Shown here: one piece after another, positions 39,143 to 49,692 of the stretch | Numbering within the stretch: position 1 is the first letter of the stretch | Layout: the number at the start of each line of letters is the position of its first letter | IMG/VR virus record: IMGVR_UViG_3300028888_001628 | Location: 1-64,000 of that record | DNA length: 64,000 nt | DNA from: a virus | Taxonomy: Duplodnaviria > Caudoviricetes | Direction: 5' to 3' (one strand) | Notes under the pieces: generated by a model | Told to the model about the DNA's origin: nothing | The model's input: only the letters and a program-made list of their open reading frames with translations | Database searches by the model: none | Position numbers and translations under genes: made by a program

Positions 39143-39949
39143 ATGTTTGATTTGTATAATAAAATAAGTTCATCTATAAAAAATCTCTTTAGTAAGAAAG
39201 AAATTAAAACAGAAGTAAAAGATTTTCCAGTTGATAGTAATAATTCTGTAGAAATAAATGTAAACAAAGAACCTATAAATATTACTATTACAAAATCACA
39301 GTATGAGTACGCACATGGAAAACGCTTTAAGAATGGTCAGCCTAAGTGGATAGTTATTCATTATACAGCATGTGCAAATGTGTCAGCTAAATCTATGGCT
39401 AAAGCTATGAAGAATAATACAGGTGCGTCTTCTCATTTTTATATAGATGAGAAAGATATTTACTCTGCAGTACCGCTTGACTATATAGCTTGGCACGTTG
39501 GTGACGGTAAATGTAAACAGCCTTATGGTAAAAAACTATCATTATTAGAATTAAGTAAATCTAAATCTAATGATTGGCGATATGACTTAGCTGCTTCTAA
39601 TCACTTAAAATGGCAAAAAGAAAATGATGACTTCTTAGGGAATTCACAGTCAATTGGTGTTGACATTTGTGTTAAGAAAAAATCTACTAAAACGACAAAA
39701 GCAACTGACACTGATTGGTACTTTGAAGATAAGGCCATTGATAATCTTGCAAAAACTGTTGCTCATCTAATGCAAGAATATAATATAGACATAAATCATG
39801 TAATTAGGCACGGAGATGCGACAGGAAAGTTATGCCCTCGTCCGCTAATATCAATTTTATCAAATGAGGATAATGATAGTAAATGGGAAGCTTTTAAGGA
39901 AAAAGTTAGATATTACAGAGATAGAGGTGTTACTGCAAAGTGGAAATAA
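39143..39949 (+). CDS. N-acetylmuramoyl-L-alanine amidase (endolysin)
   Basis: IVIHYT, SSHFYID, AWHVG, SIGVD, RH.D..GKLCP. Confidence 0.9.
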   Translation: MFDLYNKISSSIKNLFSKKEIKTEVKDFPVDSNNSVEINVNKEPINITITKSQYEYAHGKRFKNGQPKWIVIHYTACANVSAKSMAKAMKNNTGASSHFYIDEKDIYSAVPLDYIAWHVGDGKCKQPYGKKLSLLELSKSKSNDWRYDLAASNHLKWQKENDDFLGNSQSIGVDICVKKKSTKTTKATDTDWYFEDKAIDNLAKTVAHLMQEYNIDINHVIRHGDATGKLCPRPLISILSNEDNDSKWEAFKEKVRYYRDRGVTAKWK

Positions 39950-39980
39950 AGTAGCACTTTTATCATAAACATGAGGTACA

Positions 39981-41462
39981 GTGATGCCAGCAAGATTAAA
40001 CTTAGACGAGCTCAAAAAAGAGTATATATGTAAGATTTTTGGATGGCTCACTGTACTTGATGTGATTAGAACAGACGCTGGTGCGTACCTTTTTAGATGC
40101 AAATGCAAGTGTGGCGCACTAAAAGATGTTGATAAAAAGCACGTTTTACATGGTAGCATAAAAAGCTGTGGTTGTTATCAAAAGTCTAAAGAAAAAGCCG
40201 ATAAGTATTCTAAATGGTGTAAAGAAAATCCTGATAAGGTAAAGGCAAAAGCAGAAAAAGCAAAAGAATACTTTAAAGAACACCCTGATCAACTTATAGA
40301 GCAAGGTAAATCTCATTCTGAGTGGATAAAAAGTAATGACAGTGAAAGATATAGACTTGCTAATTGGCATAAAGAAAATTCAGAGCTGTCTGCAAAAGCT
40401 TCCGCAAAAAGATCTCAGTGGAGTAAGGATCATCCAGACCTTCAAAAGAAAATAAATGAAAAAGTATCAAAGGCTATTACAGATGATGAAAGAAAGTCGC
40501 GCAGTGAAAGAAGACGTAGATTTTATATAGAGCGGCCTGATGATGCCGCTGAAATGAATAAACGTATAAGTGAAACTGTAAAACAGTTTTGGAAAGACAA
40601 CCCTGACGTAATGGCTAACATTACACAAAAGAGAGCTTTGCTGCTAAAAGAAAACCCAGAAATAATAGCAGGAATATCAGAGTCTGTTAAACAAGCATTT
40701 GCTAAAAAACGGTCAGAAATAGACTTTAGCGGCATCATTGACATTATACATCCTGATTATGTTAGCGATTTACTAAGTGGAAACATAAAATGCGATAGTA
40801 AAGTAATGACGAAATGCCCTAGGTGTAATAATTATGAAACACATCCATTTGGTGCAATATTTAGTCTCAGACAATCTGCTATAAGAAGTGAATTACTATG
40901 TAAAAAATGTGCGTACTCAATTACATCGTCTAAAGCTGAAGGTGAGATAGCTGAATATATTTCATCATTCTACAAAGGTGATTGTGTAAGAAACATACGT
41001 AGCATTATACCACCGCAGGAACTTGACTTATATTATCCTGAAAAGAAAATTGCTATTGAGTTCAATGGTGATTATTGGCATGATGAAAATCATAAACCTA
41101 AAGACTATCACTATAACAAGTTCAAAGCGTGTTTAGAAAAAGGAATCTTACTAGTTTCAATTTTTGAACATGATTGGAACACAAGAAAAGATGTCATTAA
41201 ACAGTACTTAATAGACTTATTTAATGGTACAGAAAACTGTCTATCATTTGTAAATGAAAAATATGTAAATAATAACTATCCACTGCCAAATATGTGTGAT
41301 AAATCATTATTAAGTGTCATTAGCAATAGCTATATTTATGATAAAGATGACGTAAAAGTATTCACATGTGGCTATTCTGAAGTTGGTGATAAACAATGGG
41401 AATTATTTAAAGAAAAAATAAAGTCATACAAAGACAGCGTGATTAAAGTAACAATAGTGTAA
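39981..41462 (+). mobile_element. Free-standing homing endonuclease-like gene (helical repeats, Zn finger, PD-(D/E)xK/Vsr-like nuclease)
   Basis: CKCKCG..KSCGC, WxKENP repeats, CPRC..CKKC, ELDLY..IAIEFNGDYWH. Confidence 0.8.
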
Positions 41463-41535
41463 CATTTAAAAGTATCTATTGTATATCAAATAATAGTAAC
41501 TGTGTACACAATTATAATATAGTGGAGAATTTAGT

Positions 41536-42330
41536 ATGGCGTTTTCAGAAAATTTATTATTACCTTCTAGAGGTATCATTTATCGTAGAAGTGACTTTGA
41601 CGGCAATGTAAAAGTAAAACCATTTACCACAAAAGCGTATAAATCATTACTTGCAAGTAACGCATCTGACTCAGGTTTAAAACAGTTTATAGACACTTGT
41701 TTGGAAGATTGCCCAGTTAAAGCTAAAGACATGAATCAAGAGGACCTTCTAGCTATTCTGTTTAAAGCTAGAACAATGACACTTGGTAACACTTTAAAGA
41801 TGCAGGTAAAGTGCCCAGAATGTAAACACATTGAAGATCTAGAATGGGATCTTAACAGCATTGAGATAAATTATTTATTTGCTGAAAATTATCCTATTGT
41901 AGTAACATTACCTAGCGGAAAAGAAATTAGAGTAAGATTCCCAACTGGTGCTGATATCAATAAAGCTAAACAAGAAGCTGATCGTCGAGCTGGTATCTTT
42001 AAAAAGCAAGCATCAGATTTCATCCATATTTATACTACAGTGTCTTTGATAGATGTAGATAACATGGACATTATTGAGAAGGCTGATTGGTATGAAAATC
42101 TTTCACCACATGATGCAATCTATATCGACGAAATTTTCTCAGAAATGAATGATACATTTGGTGTTAAAATGACACGAGAAGTTCATTGTTCTGTTTGTGA
42201 TAAATTATTCACAACATACATAGACATCTCTTCTGATTTTTTTCGCCCCGACAGACACATCTCTCTCGGCATTACAAGCAAGGCAGGAAATTTGGCAGGC
42301 ACTACTGAAGAACCAAGTATTTCTGAGTAA
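41536..42330 (+). CDS. Baseplate hub/tail assembly chaperone (T4 gp26-like)
   Basis: LPSRG.Y, KPFT, CPEC, LPSG, RFPT, CSVC, DFFRP. Confidence 0.75.
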   Translation: MAFSENLLLPSRGIIYRRSDFDGNVKVKPFTTKAYKSLLASNASDSGLKQFIDTCLEDCPVKAKDMNQEDLLAILFKARTMTLGNTLKMQVKCPECKHIEDLEWDLNSIEINYLFAENYPIVVTLPSGKEIRVRFPTGADINKAKQEADRRAGIFKKQASDFIHIYTTVSLIDVDNMDIIEKADWYENLSPHDAIYIDEIFSEMNDTFGVKMTREVHCSVCDKLFTTYIDISSDFFRPDRHISLGITSKAGNLAGTTEEPSISE

Positions 42331-42451
42331 GCATATAGGAATTTCTTTCACTGAAAGTGATAGCATGACTTATATGGAATTTAAAGCTGCATTGCATATT
42401 TCGTCAGAATATCTGAAAGAGATAGGACCTCAAATGTCAGATCTAGGATAA
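42242..42451 (+). CDS. +1 frame extension of the chaperone (putative frameshift product)
   Basis: 69 sense codons open from the T7 run to a stop just before a terminator. Confidence 0.6.
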   Translation, partial: FAPTDTSLSALQARQEIWQALLKNQVFLSKHIGISFTESDSMTYMEFKAALHISSEYLKEIGPQMSDLG

Positions 42452-42453
42452 TC

Positions 42454-42490
42454 AAAAACCCTCTATATTTAAATATAGAGGGTTTTATTT
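42454..42490 (+). terminator. Intrinsic terminator
   Basis: AAAACCCTCTATATTT/AAATATAGAGGGTTTT. Confidence 0.75.
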
Positions 42491-42544
42491 GTATAATTAT
42501 AAACAGTAAAGAATTATTCACTATACACAAACTGAGGGTGTGAA

Positions 42545-43171
42545 ATGTCAAAAATTTCTACAAAAGATGTGATAAATTATTCTGCACTTATCACAGAACA
42601 AGATGGTTATGTAAAAAGATCTGAAAATTCATCTGTAGTATGTACAGCTGATAAGGTATTAGATGCAATAGAATTGAATAATGTAAATGAAGATGATATT
42701 TCAGATGTGAAAGACCGCGTTAATAATTGGTTGAAATATATAAATGATACTGATCATCAAACAGGTGAGTACTTTGATAATGTAAGATCAGAGATTTGTA
42801 AGCCAACTGTAGATGAAACTAAAATCGGTCTTATTGCAAGCTCGTTTGCATCTTTTGATAGATACAGATTATATAAGATAAAGAATGATAGAGATAAGCA
42901 GTCTGATTTTCTTGGTGAAGAAGGTGATAAAATTACTTTCACTATATCTGAATATAAACTTGTAAAATCAGGAAATTCTAAATTTGGAAATCAAGGTAAG
43001 TATTATCTATATAAAATAAAAGATGAGTCTAATAATATTATCATGTGGTTTGCTGATCACGACTGCGAAGATGAATTTTCTAATCACGAAAAAGCAACAG
43101 CTACTATCACTAAACTAAATACATTTAATGAAGTTAAGCAGACAAATGTATCAAAGCTCAGATTCCTATAA
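42545..43171 (+). CDS. Hypothetical protein with C-terminal OB-fold-like domain
   Basis: FLGEEGDKI...FG...FNEVKQT beta-rich pattern. Confidence 0.65.
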   Translation: MSKISTKDVINYSALITEQDGYVKRSENSSVVCTADKVLDAIELNNVNEDDISDVKDRVNNWLKYINDTDHQTGEYFDNVRSEICKPTVDETKIGLIASSFASFDRYRLYKIKNDRDKQSDFLGEEGDKITFTISEYKLVKSGNSKFGNQGKYYLYKIKDESNNIIMWFADHDCEDEFSNHEKATATITKLNTFNEVKQTNVSKLRFL

Positions 43172-43424
43172 TATTATAAACGAAGTTAGATATAAGATTC
43201 TATGTAAATTGTATGCACGTTATAAAGCTGCATTTAAGATAGCATTAGACAATGCTAATTTCAAACCTATCGCAGATGCAAAGATGAATGAGCTTGACTC
43301 TATATTATGCGAAATAGAGAACTATCCAATATCATGGTCTTATTACACTAGGCAAGATATTCAGTTTACAAGTGACTTTGAAAATTTAGTAGTCTTTAAT
43401 GACACTACAATATCAAATTATTAG
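43128..43424 (+). CDS. Hypothetical protein
   Basis: Fills gap; start uncertain. Confidence 0.4.
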   Translation: MKLSRQMYQSSDSYNIINEVRYKILCKLYARYKAAFKIALDNANFKPIADAKMNELDSILCEIENYPISWSYYTRQDIQFTSDFENLVVFNDTTISNY

Positions 43425-43609
43425 CTGATCGGTAACATTTATAATGTTGTGAAATATAATAATGTGTTACTTGCTATTCTACTGATTTAAGTTGAATATT
43501 AAGCTCGCATCTAAATTGCTGATGTGATAGTTCATACTAAAGCTCCTACCTCTATCTATATCTAAATTTTTATTTATAGATAGAGGTTTTATCTTAAGAA
43601 GGTAAAAGT

Positions 43610-44305
43610 ATGTTAATAATATCTGAAGATAAATTAAAAGAACTCGCAAGTACGAAATATAAAGTATATTCTAAAGAACCTTTATCAGAAGGTGTGGAGT
43701 GTTTAGCTAATCGTGATACTATTAATGATAATGAGAAGTTCTATATCACAAGTGTAGCAGCTAGTAATATAAAACATGATAATGATAAATTCTATTACAC
43801 TACAGAGGATCTCAGCGCTGTAGCCGATTGGTTTCCAGCACAGATAATCCAGATTGGAACTACTTTTAAAAAATGCCGCAATAAATCTGCAATGAAGTGT
43901 ACTTCTATTGTAGATGACAAAGTTGGAAAGTCTATTAAGAGCAATAAGTGCATAGTTGATGTATCAGGGCTTCCAGCATTTAACGGTGTTAATGAAGATC
44001 TTACTGTAAATGAATATAGATTTTATTTAACTTTATTTAATGATTATTCAGTTAAACAGTGCCAGTATGAGCGCCATAACTTACAAGATGCTATATTTAA
44101 ATCATCAAAGTATGATTTAGTTGCTAAACTCCAAAATTCAGATTTTCTTAAGTCTAAAGATTTCAAGATGATTAACAATTTGAGACAAAAAGATGAGTCT
44201 GTTAAAGTAGGCCTTATTATAAAAGAAGGTGACATGAGATATGGTACCGATTATGGAAGTGTTTATATAAACATGGACAATAAGATTTCTATTATATGGC
44301 ACTAG
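43610..44305 (+). CDS. Hypothetical protein
   Basis: AAGG RBS. Confidence 0.7.
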   Translation: MLIISEDKLKELASTKYKVYSKEPLSEGVECLANRDTINDNEKFYITSVAASNIKHDNDKFYYTTEDLSAVADWFPAQIIQIGTTFKKCRNKSAMKCTSIVDDKVGKSIKSNKCIVDVSGLPAFNGVNEDLTVNEYRFYLTLFNDYSVKQCQYERHNLQDAIFKSSKYDLVAKLQNSDFLKSKDFKMINNLRQKDESVKVGLIIKEGDMRYGTDYGSVYINMDNKISIIWH

Positions 44306-44385
44306 ATTAATAACATTTTCTATTTATTGTATATAAACCTATATAGAATATTCTATATAGGTTATTTATTTATGAGGTATTTAGT

Positions 44386-44727
44386 ATGGCTAAACAAAAG
44401 CAAATTAATGTGTCTGAGTTAATTGATGATTATGATGATAAGTTTATAGAGTCTATCTCATTAAAGAACGTAACGAATTACAAAGAATTCAAAGAACTTC
44501 TTTTGAAATTAGAGAAGGCAAATTACGTTGTTACAAACTTCTACGAAACAATGTATAATGATTATGTGATGATGATAAATAGTGATTGTGAAATATCACC
44601 TACAGGTTTAGAAATTAGTACACTTAAAAAGTATAAATCTCTAGCGTCAAAAATACAAAAAGCTTATAGTTATATTCTGTATATGAGTACTTTTGAAAAT
44701 CCATTTAAATCTGCGCCGAGGAAATAA
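44386..44727 (+). CDS. Hypothetical protein
   Basis: GAGGT RBS. Confidence 0.7.
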   Translation: MAKQKQINVSELIDDYDDKFIESISLKNVTNYKEFKELLLKLEKANYVVTNFYETMYNDYVMMINSDCEISPTGLEISTLKKYKSLASKIQKAYSYILYMSTFENPFKSAPRK

Positions 44728-44728
44728 T

Positions 44729-45034
44729 ATGAAAGAAGTTCTAATTAAAAAGAAAAAGACATTGGAAAGTGCTATTGATAGATTTAACGAATATAAAAAA
44801 TTCGTAGATCACTATAATTCTACAAAGTCACTTGATATGTATGTTGAATTTATCGGTAGAGCATCTAACACTTTCAGTGAAGGACTATCAGAGCATTATG
44901 ACAATTTAATTCGACTCTATCAAAATGGAAATGAAAAACCGCTTCTTTCTAATTTATATGATAGGCTTCTTGCTGCAGATGAATATAAGAATAAGATTGC
45001 TGATGAACTTACAAACTTACTTAAAGAACTATGA
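44729..45034 (+). CDS. Hypothetical protein
   Basis: GAGG RBS before MKEVL. Confidence 0.65.
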   Translation: MKEVLIKKKKTLESAIDRFNEYKKFVDHYNSTKSLDMYVEFIGRASNTFSEGLSEHYDNLIRLYQNGNEKPLLSNLYDRLLAADEYKNKIADELTNLLKEL

Positions 45035-46293
45035 AAGTAAAACTAAACAATGTAGGTATTATAAGTAACTGTGAAGTAGAGTTTGTCCCTGGTGTAAACC
45101 TAGTTATAGGAAACTCAGGGTCAGGTAAATCCACTCTAATGAGATGTATTTATAACGTAGCTGCAAATGATTTCGCAGATAGCGATATATCATTCGGTAA
45201 AAATACAATGTCAGTTAGAGTGGATCACGATGATAATACCATTGAATATACAAGAAGCATAAAATCAAAAGATGACAAATGTTCTTATGTGGTTAATGGT
45301 GAGAAATATGTGAAATTAGGAAGACAACCTCTACCTGCAGTTAAGAATCTTTTAAAAATAGGTAATGTAAATGTAAATGGTGAAGATGTGAATTTTAATT
45401 TTAATTTACAGTTCTCTTCGCCATTTTTAATTCTAGGTAGTCAGTCAACGTTATACAATGTACTTACGTACAGAAGTAATTTTGACATATCGTCTATAAA
45501 TGATTATTATGCGACTGATATAAGAAAGAATGCAACAGAAACTGCTACAGATGTAAAACTTAAAGAGCAACTTAAAAATAATTTAGAGTCTCTTAAAAAG
45601 CAAGCTGATTTACTATCACCGATCGAAAACTTATACAGCAATCTTGTTGACTATAAACACAAGAATAATACTTTAAAAGAATTAGAACTATTATATGACT
45701 CAATGATTTCACTTGATAAATGTAATAGTAAATCTAAAGATTGCAGTACTCAATTAAACATTATAAGTAATTGTATTTCAAAGATAGAATCAGTTATAGA
45801 ACTTACTTCATATAATAACACAAACAAATCTATAAAAGATTGTAATAACAAAATAGACTTACTTGCTAATTTAGTTAGTGATACAGATTGTGCAATGAAT
45901 AAGATTCACATACTTTCTGACATTAATAAATGCAGCAAATTATTGTTAGTATTAGATAGTACTTGCGATAATATTAAGACAATTAATAAGTGTTTAAATA
46001 CAGATACTAATATAACTAACGATCTTGTAAATGACATAATAAAAGTTTATAAATTGCATCTATCACTGAATAAATATAATGAATCACTATGTACTCTACA
46101 AGATGTAAACAATCTATCTGTAAATTCAGTTGGTGATTTGATTGAGATTCTTCGTCAGCTAAATAATTTAAGCAGCTTAAATGAAAGAATATCATCTGTT
46201 GATTCAAAGATAAAGGTAGTTGATAACCGTATGTCTGAATTTGAAGTTTGTCCATTATGTGGCTGCAATTTAAAAAATTGCATATCACACTAA
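45031..46293 (+). CDS. SbcC/Rad50 N-terminal half
   Basis: GNSGSGKST Walker A, Q-loop, coiled coil ending at CPLCG zinc hook. Confidence 0.85.
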   Translation: MKVKLNNVGIISNCEVEFVPGVNLVIGNSGSGKSTLMRCIYNVAANDFADSDISFGKNTMSVRVDHDDNTIEYTRSIKSKDDKCSYVVNGEKYVKLGRQPLPAVKNLLKIGNVNVNGEDVNFNFNLQFSSPFLILGSQSTLYNVLTYRSNFDISSINDYYATDIRKNATETATDVKLKEQLKNNLESLKKQADLLSPIENLYSNLVDYKHKNNTLKELELLYDSMISLDKCNSKSKDCSTQLNIISNCISKIESVIELTSYNNTNKSIKDCNNKIDLLANLVSDTDCAMNKIHILSDINKCSKLLLVLDSTCDNIKTINKCLNTDTNITNDLVNDIIKVYKLHLSLNKYNESLCTLQDVNNLSVNSVGDLIEILRQLNNLSSLNERISSVDSKIKVVDNRMSEFEVCPLCGCNLKNCISH

Positions 46294-46358
46294 ATTAGTT
46301 TACATCCCATGTAGTTTATTGTATAAATATTACGTAAACTAACATGGGGTTTTATTTT

Positions 46359-46790
46359 ATGAAGTTCACTAAACAGCAGATGAAATTTTTTGAAAAAGCT
46401 GCAGAGATTGCATCTTATTCTGATTTTACAAAACAGCACTTGGGTTGTGTTGCGGTTATTAAAAATAAGATAGTAGCTGCTGCACATAACAAATTAAAGA
46501 CACACCCTATTCAGAAAAGATACGATGAATTTAGAAAATTTAACTGTGTTAGTGATACTCAGAATATGCACAGTCTTCACGCTGAAATAGCGTGTATAAA
46601 TTCTTTAAAGGACGTTAATATCAATTATAAAGATTTGGAATTGTACATTGTGCGTCTTAGGAAAGACAGAGATTATGGTCTTGCAAGACCATGCGCAGCT
46701 TGCATGAAATTTATTCAAAGCAAGGGGATTAGAAGAATTTTCTATAGTACGAATACAGGTTTTGCTTTTGAAGAACTTTCGAAAGCTTAA
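46359..46790 (+). CDS. Cytidine/dCMP deaminase-fold protein
   Basis: HAE...PCAAC. Confidence 0.85.
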   Translation: MKFTKQQMKFFEKAAEIASYSDFTKQHLGCVAVIKNKIVAAAHNKLKTHPIQKRYDEFRKFNCVSDTQNMHSLHAEIACINSLKDVNINYKDLELYIVRLRKDRDYGLARPCAACMKFIQSKGIRRIFYSTNTGFAFEELSKA

Positions 46791-46842
46791 TATCTATATA
46801 TTTGTATTTGTTTTATTTACTTTTATAAAGGAGTTATTTGGT

Positions 46843-47121
46843 ATGACAAAAGGCGATTTCACAAAGAAAGTTAAAGAAGCACTCGAACTTACTTCACTTA
46901 AAGTTGCAGATGAGGTTATTGACAAAATGTCCGCACTTCTAATCGATCTTTTAAAAGAAGGCGAAGAGGTTTCATTTGGTAGCCTTGGAAAACTTTCAGT
47001 GACTGAACGTGCAGCGCGTAAAGGACGTAACCCACAGACTGGTGAAGAGATTGACATTCCAGCGAAGAAGGCTGTTAAACTTAAAGTGTCAAATACAGCA
47101 AAGAAAATGATCAACTCATAA
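46843..47121 (+). CDS. hup: HU-like DNA-binding protein
   Basis: RAARKGRNPQTGEEIDIPA; AAGGAG RBS. Confidence 0.95.
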   Translation: MTKGDFTKKVKEALELTSLKVADEVIDKMSALLIDLLKEGEEVSFGSLGKLSVTERAARKGRNPQTGEEIDIPAKKAVKLKVSNTAKKMINS

Positions 47122-47205
47122 TTTCATATCTGATCTAATTATTGTATATAAATACCTAGGATTATGTGACAATCCTAGGTATTTTAGTATAATGGAGAAT
47201 TTAGT

Positions 47206-47454
47206 ATGGACAATCTAGTAAAGAAATTTCAAGAACTTAAATCAAAGCACAGTGAACTTACAGCTGAAAAGTTAAAGTGTGAAGCAAAACGTGATCAGTT
47301 AATGAGTGACATTAAAGCTATCCAGGATAAGTATCCTAATTATGATTTATCGTCTACTTCTTCTGTAGAAAAAATTATCAATGAACTTACAAGTCAGTTG
47401 TCTTTAGAACTTAAACAGATTAACGATAAGTACGATAAAATTAAGGCTGTCTAA
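47206..47454 (+). CDS. Small coiled-coil protein, possible third SbcC piece
   Basis: Heptad pattern; coupled to SbcD-like gene. Confidence 0.6.
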   Translation: MDNLVKKFQELKSKHSELTAEKLKCEAKRDQLMSDIKAIQDKYPNYDLSSTSSVEKIINELTSQLSLELKQINDKYDKIKAV

Positions 47455-48350
47455 TGTGTAATAATATTCTATTCATCGGTGATCTACATTTAAAGTGTAC
47501 TTCACCGATTTCTCGTTGTGATGATTACCCATCTGCTATTCTAAAGAAATTAGAGTACTTATCTAACTGCGTTAGTATTGAGAAATGTAATACTTTTGTT
47601 TTATTAGGCGATGTATTTGATTCACCTGTAACTTCATTACCTTATCTTGCACAAGTAATAAATACTTTTAAAAAGATACAAGACAGGGGTATTACCGTTT
47701 ACACTATCGTAGGTAATCATGATATTAAAAATAACAGAATGGATAGTCTTGAATCAACTGCACTTGGGATTTTAATATCTACAGGGTATTTAAAACTTGC
47801 GCCTTCGTCTCTAGAGATAGAAAACACTGTATTTAAGTTTTACAATTACCCAGAAGATATAGAATCTAAAAAATCTGATAAATATGAAGTATGCGTAGCA
47901 CATAGGTATTATGACTTCGGTTTAGCGTGTGATTCTTTACACGAAGATGATTTAGAAAAACTAAATTATGATGCGATGATATTAGGTCATTATCATGTAC
48001 CTTGTGATACTGTAACTATTCATAATACTGTGTTATATAGACCTGGTTCATTGTCAAGATCTACTTCAGAGCCATATAATAAATTAAGAACACCACGTGC
48101 ACTTGTATTTAACTGTGTAAATCATAAAGCTAATTATATAGAGGTACAGTGCAGTCCTGGATCAGATATATTTGTAAATAAAATTGAATCTAATAATCAA
48201 CCGTCTTTAACGATGAAAGATCTTATTAGTTTTATTACTACATCTTATTCTTCATCTGATATTGACGTTAGAGAATATTTTAATCAAATGAAGATTCCAC
48301 TTGACTGCAAACTAATAATAGCAAAATATCTTGACAATATTGGAGCTTAG
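47454..48350 (+). CDS. SbcD/Mre11-like nuclease
   Basis: GDLH, GDVFD, GNHD, AH, GHYH, PGS. Confidence 0.88.
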   Translation: MCNNILFIGDLHLKCTSPISRCDDYPSAILKKLEYLSNCVSIEKCNTFVLLGDVFDSPVTSLPYLAQVINTFKKIQDRGITVYTIVGNHDIKNNRMDSLESTALGILISTGYLKLAPSSLEIENTVFKFYNYPEDIESKKSDKYEVCVAHRYYDFGLACDSLHEDDLEKLNYDAMILGHYHVPCDTVTIHNTVLYRPGSLSRSTSEPYNKLRTPRALVFNCVNHKANYIEVQCSPGSDIFVNKIESNNQPSLTMKDLISFITTSYSSSDIDVREYFNQMKIPLDCKLIIAKYLDNIGA

Positions 48351-48352
48351 TT

Positions 48353-49459
48353 ATGGATAAGATAACTTTTCTTAAATTTAATGGGAATGACTTTACTAAC
48401 TTTATCTCATTTGTAAAGTCGATGAACTCTAGAGATAAGTCAAAGTATTCTAGAGTCGCATTTTTAAGTGTAGAAAATGATCAGTTAGTATGTAGAGCTA
48501 TAGATGATGTTTCAAACACAGTTGAATATTATGTTGAACTGTATAAAGAAGATTCAAATATAGACGAGCCTATAGCTGCTTCTATATCAGATTTATCAGC
48601 TCTAATTAAAAGTGCTGATAGTGATAAGTTCACAATTAGAAAGTCTTATGGGCAGTATGAATTTAAGGTTGTAGGTGGCGGATGGATGCCATTTAAAACT
48701 TCTGACGCAGATCTAAGTAAGTTTAATCTACATGGTGACATTACTCACTTAGGTGATATCAATTCAACGAAATTAAAAAATGCTATTTCATCTGTCTTAG
48801 GATACACACAAGAATATACTTATGCACGAGATAAATATATTCAATTCAGTAAAGATCAGATGGTTGTAACTTCAAGACTATCTAGTGTCATTACAAATGA
48901 CGAATTTATCGAAATGACATTACATAGAGATGACGCTACAATGTTGAGATCACTATTAAAAGATAACTTTAATTTGTCAGTTGATAGAATCTCTGGTGCG
49001 GTTAGCAGAATGCTATTTAGCGGGCCAAAATTTAAGCTATCTACAATAGAAGCCGGAATTGAATTAGGTAATATAAAATACAATAAAGACATTAAAGACT
49101 ACGTCACAGTTAATTGTGACGAATTATACAAGCTAACTACTTTTGCAGAAGAATATTCAGCGTCTAAACACATTGTTGGAATGTCAATTAAGAATAAAGA
49201 ACTAAATGTGAGTGTTAAGAATGTTCTCGCTGCAAAACATGTATCAACTGTAAAATCAACCTTTAATGGCGATGTTGTAGACACTTCTAAAGAGGCTGAA
49301 GTTTCATCACATAATTTATTAAAGGCATTAAAACTATTTCAGGATAAGCATTCTAGAGAGGTTAATATCTATATTACAGATAAGCTTGTAACTGAGCAGA
49401 ACAGTATTATTTTGTTTGACAATAGCACTCAAGCTATAATTAATATTTATAATAGATAG
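48353..49459 (+). CDS. Putative beta-type sliding clamp
   Basis: 368 aa with three alpha/beta units; clamp loader genes present. Confidence 0.55.
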   Translation: MDKITFLKFNGNDFTNFISFVKSMNSRDKSKYSRVAFLSVENDQLVCRAIDDVSNTVEYYVELYKEDSNIDEPIAASISDLSALIKSADSDKFTIRKSYGQYEFKVVGGGWMPFKTSDADLSKFNLHGDITHLGDINSTKLKNAISSVLGYTQEYTYARDKYIQFSKDQMVVTSRLSSVITNDEFIEMTLHRDDATMLRSLLKDNFNLSVDRISGAVSRMLFSGPKFKLSTIEAGIELGNIKYNKDIKDYVTVNCDELYKLTTFAEEYSASKHIVGMSIKNKELNVSVKNVLAAKHVSTVKSTFNGDVVDTSKEAEVSSHNLLKALKLFQDKHSREVNIYITDKLVTEQNSIILFDNSTQAIINIYNR

Positions 49460-49462
49460 ACT

Positions 49463-49624
49463 ATGGGTAAATCTTTTAAGAAAAATAATTTCTCAGAAAA
49501 TAATAGTAGAAATAAATCAAATGACTATAAACGCCGTAAGAATCAAATTAGGGAAGAACACGTTCATGAAGAATTCTCTGATTACAAAATTCATGGTTTT
49601 AAGAAGGATAAAATTCCTAGATAA
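49463..49624 (+). CDS. 53-aa basic small protein (absent from ORF track)
   Basis: MGKSFKK...; lies between upstream stop and terminator. Confidence 0.55.
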   Translation: MGKSFKKNNFSENNSRNKSNDYKRRKNQIREEHVHEEFSDYKIHGFKKDKIPR

Positions 49625-49692
49625 TTAATATATAATAAGCCTAGCTATATCTAACAAATGTAGCTAGGCTTATTTATTATATAGGATAAAAA

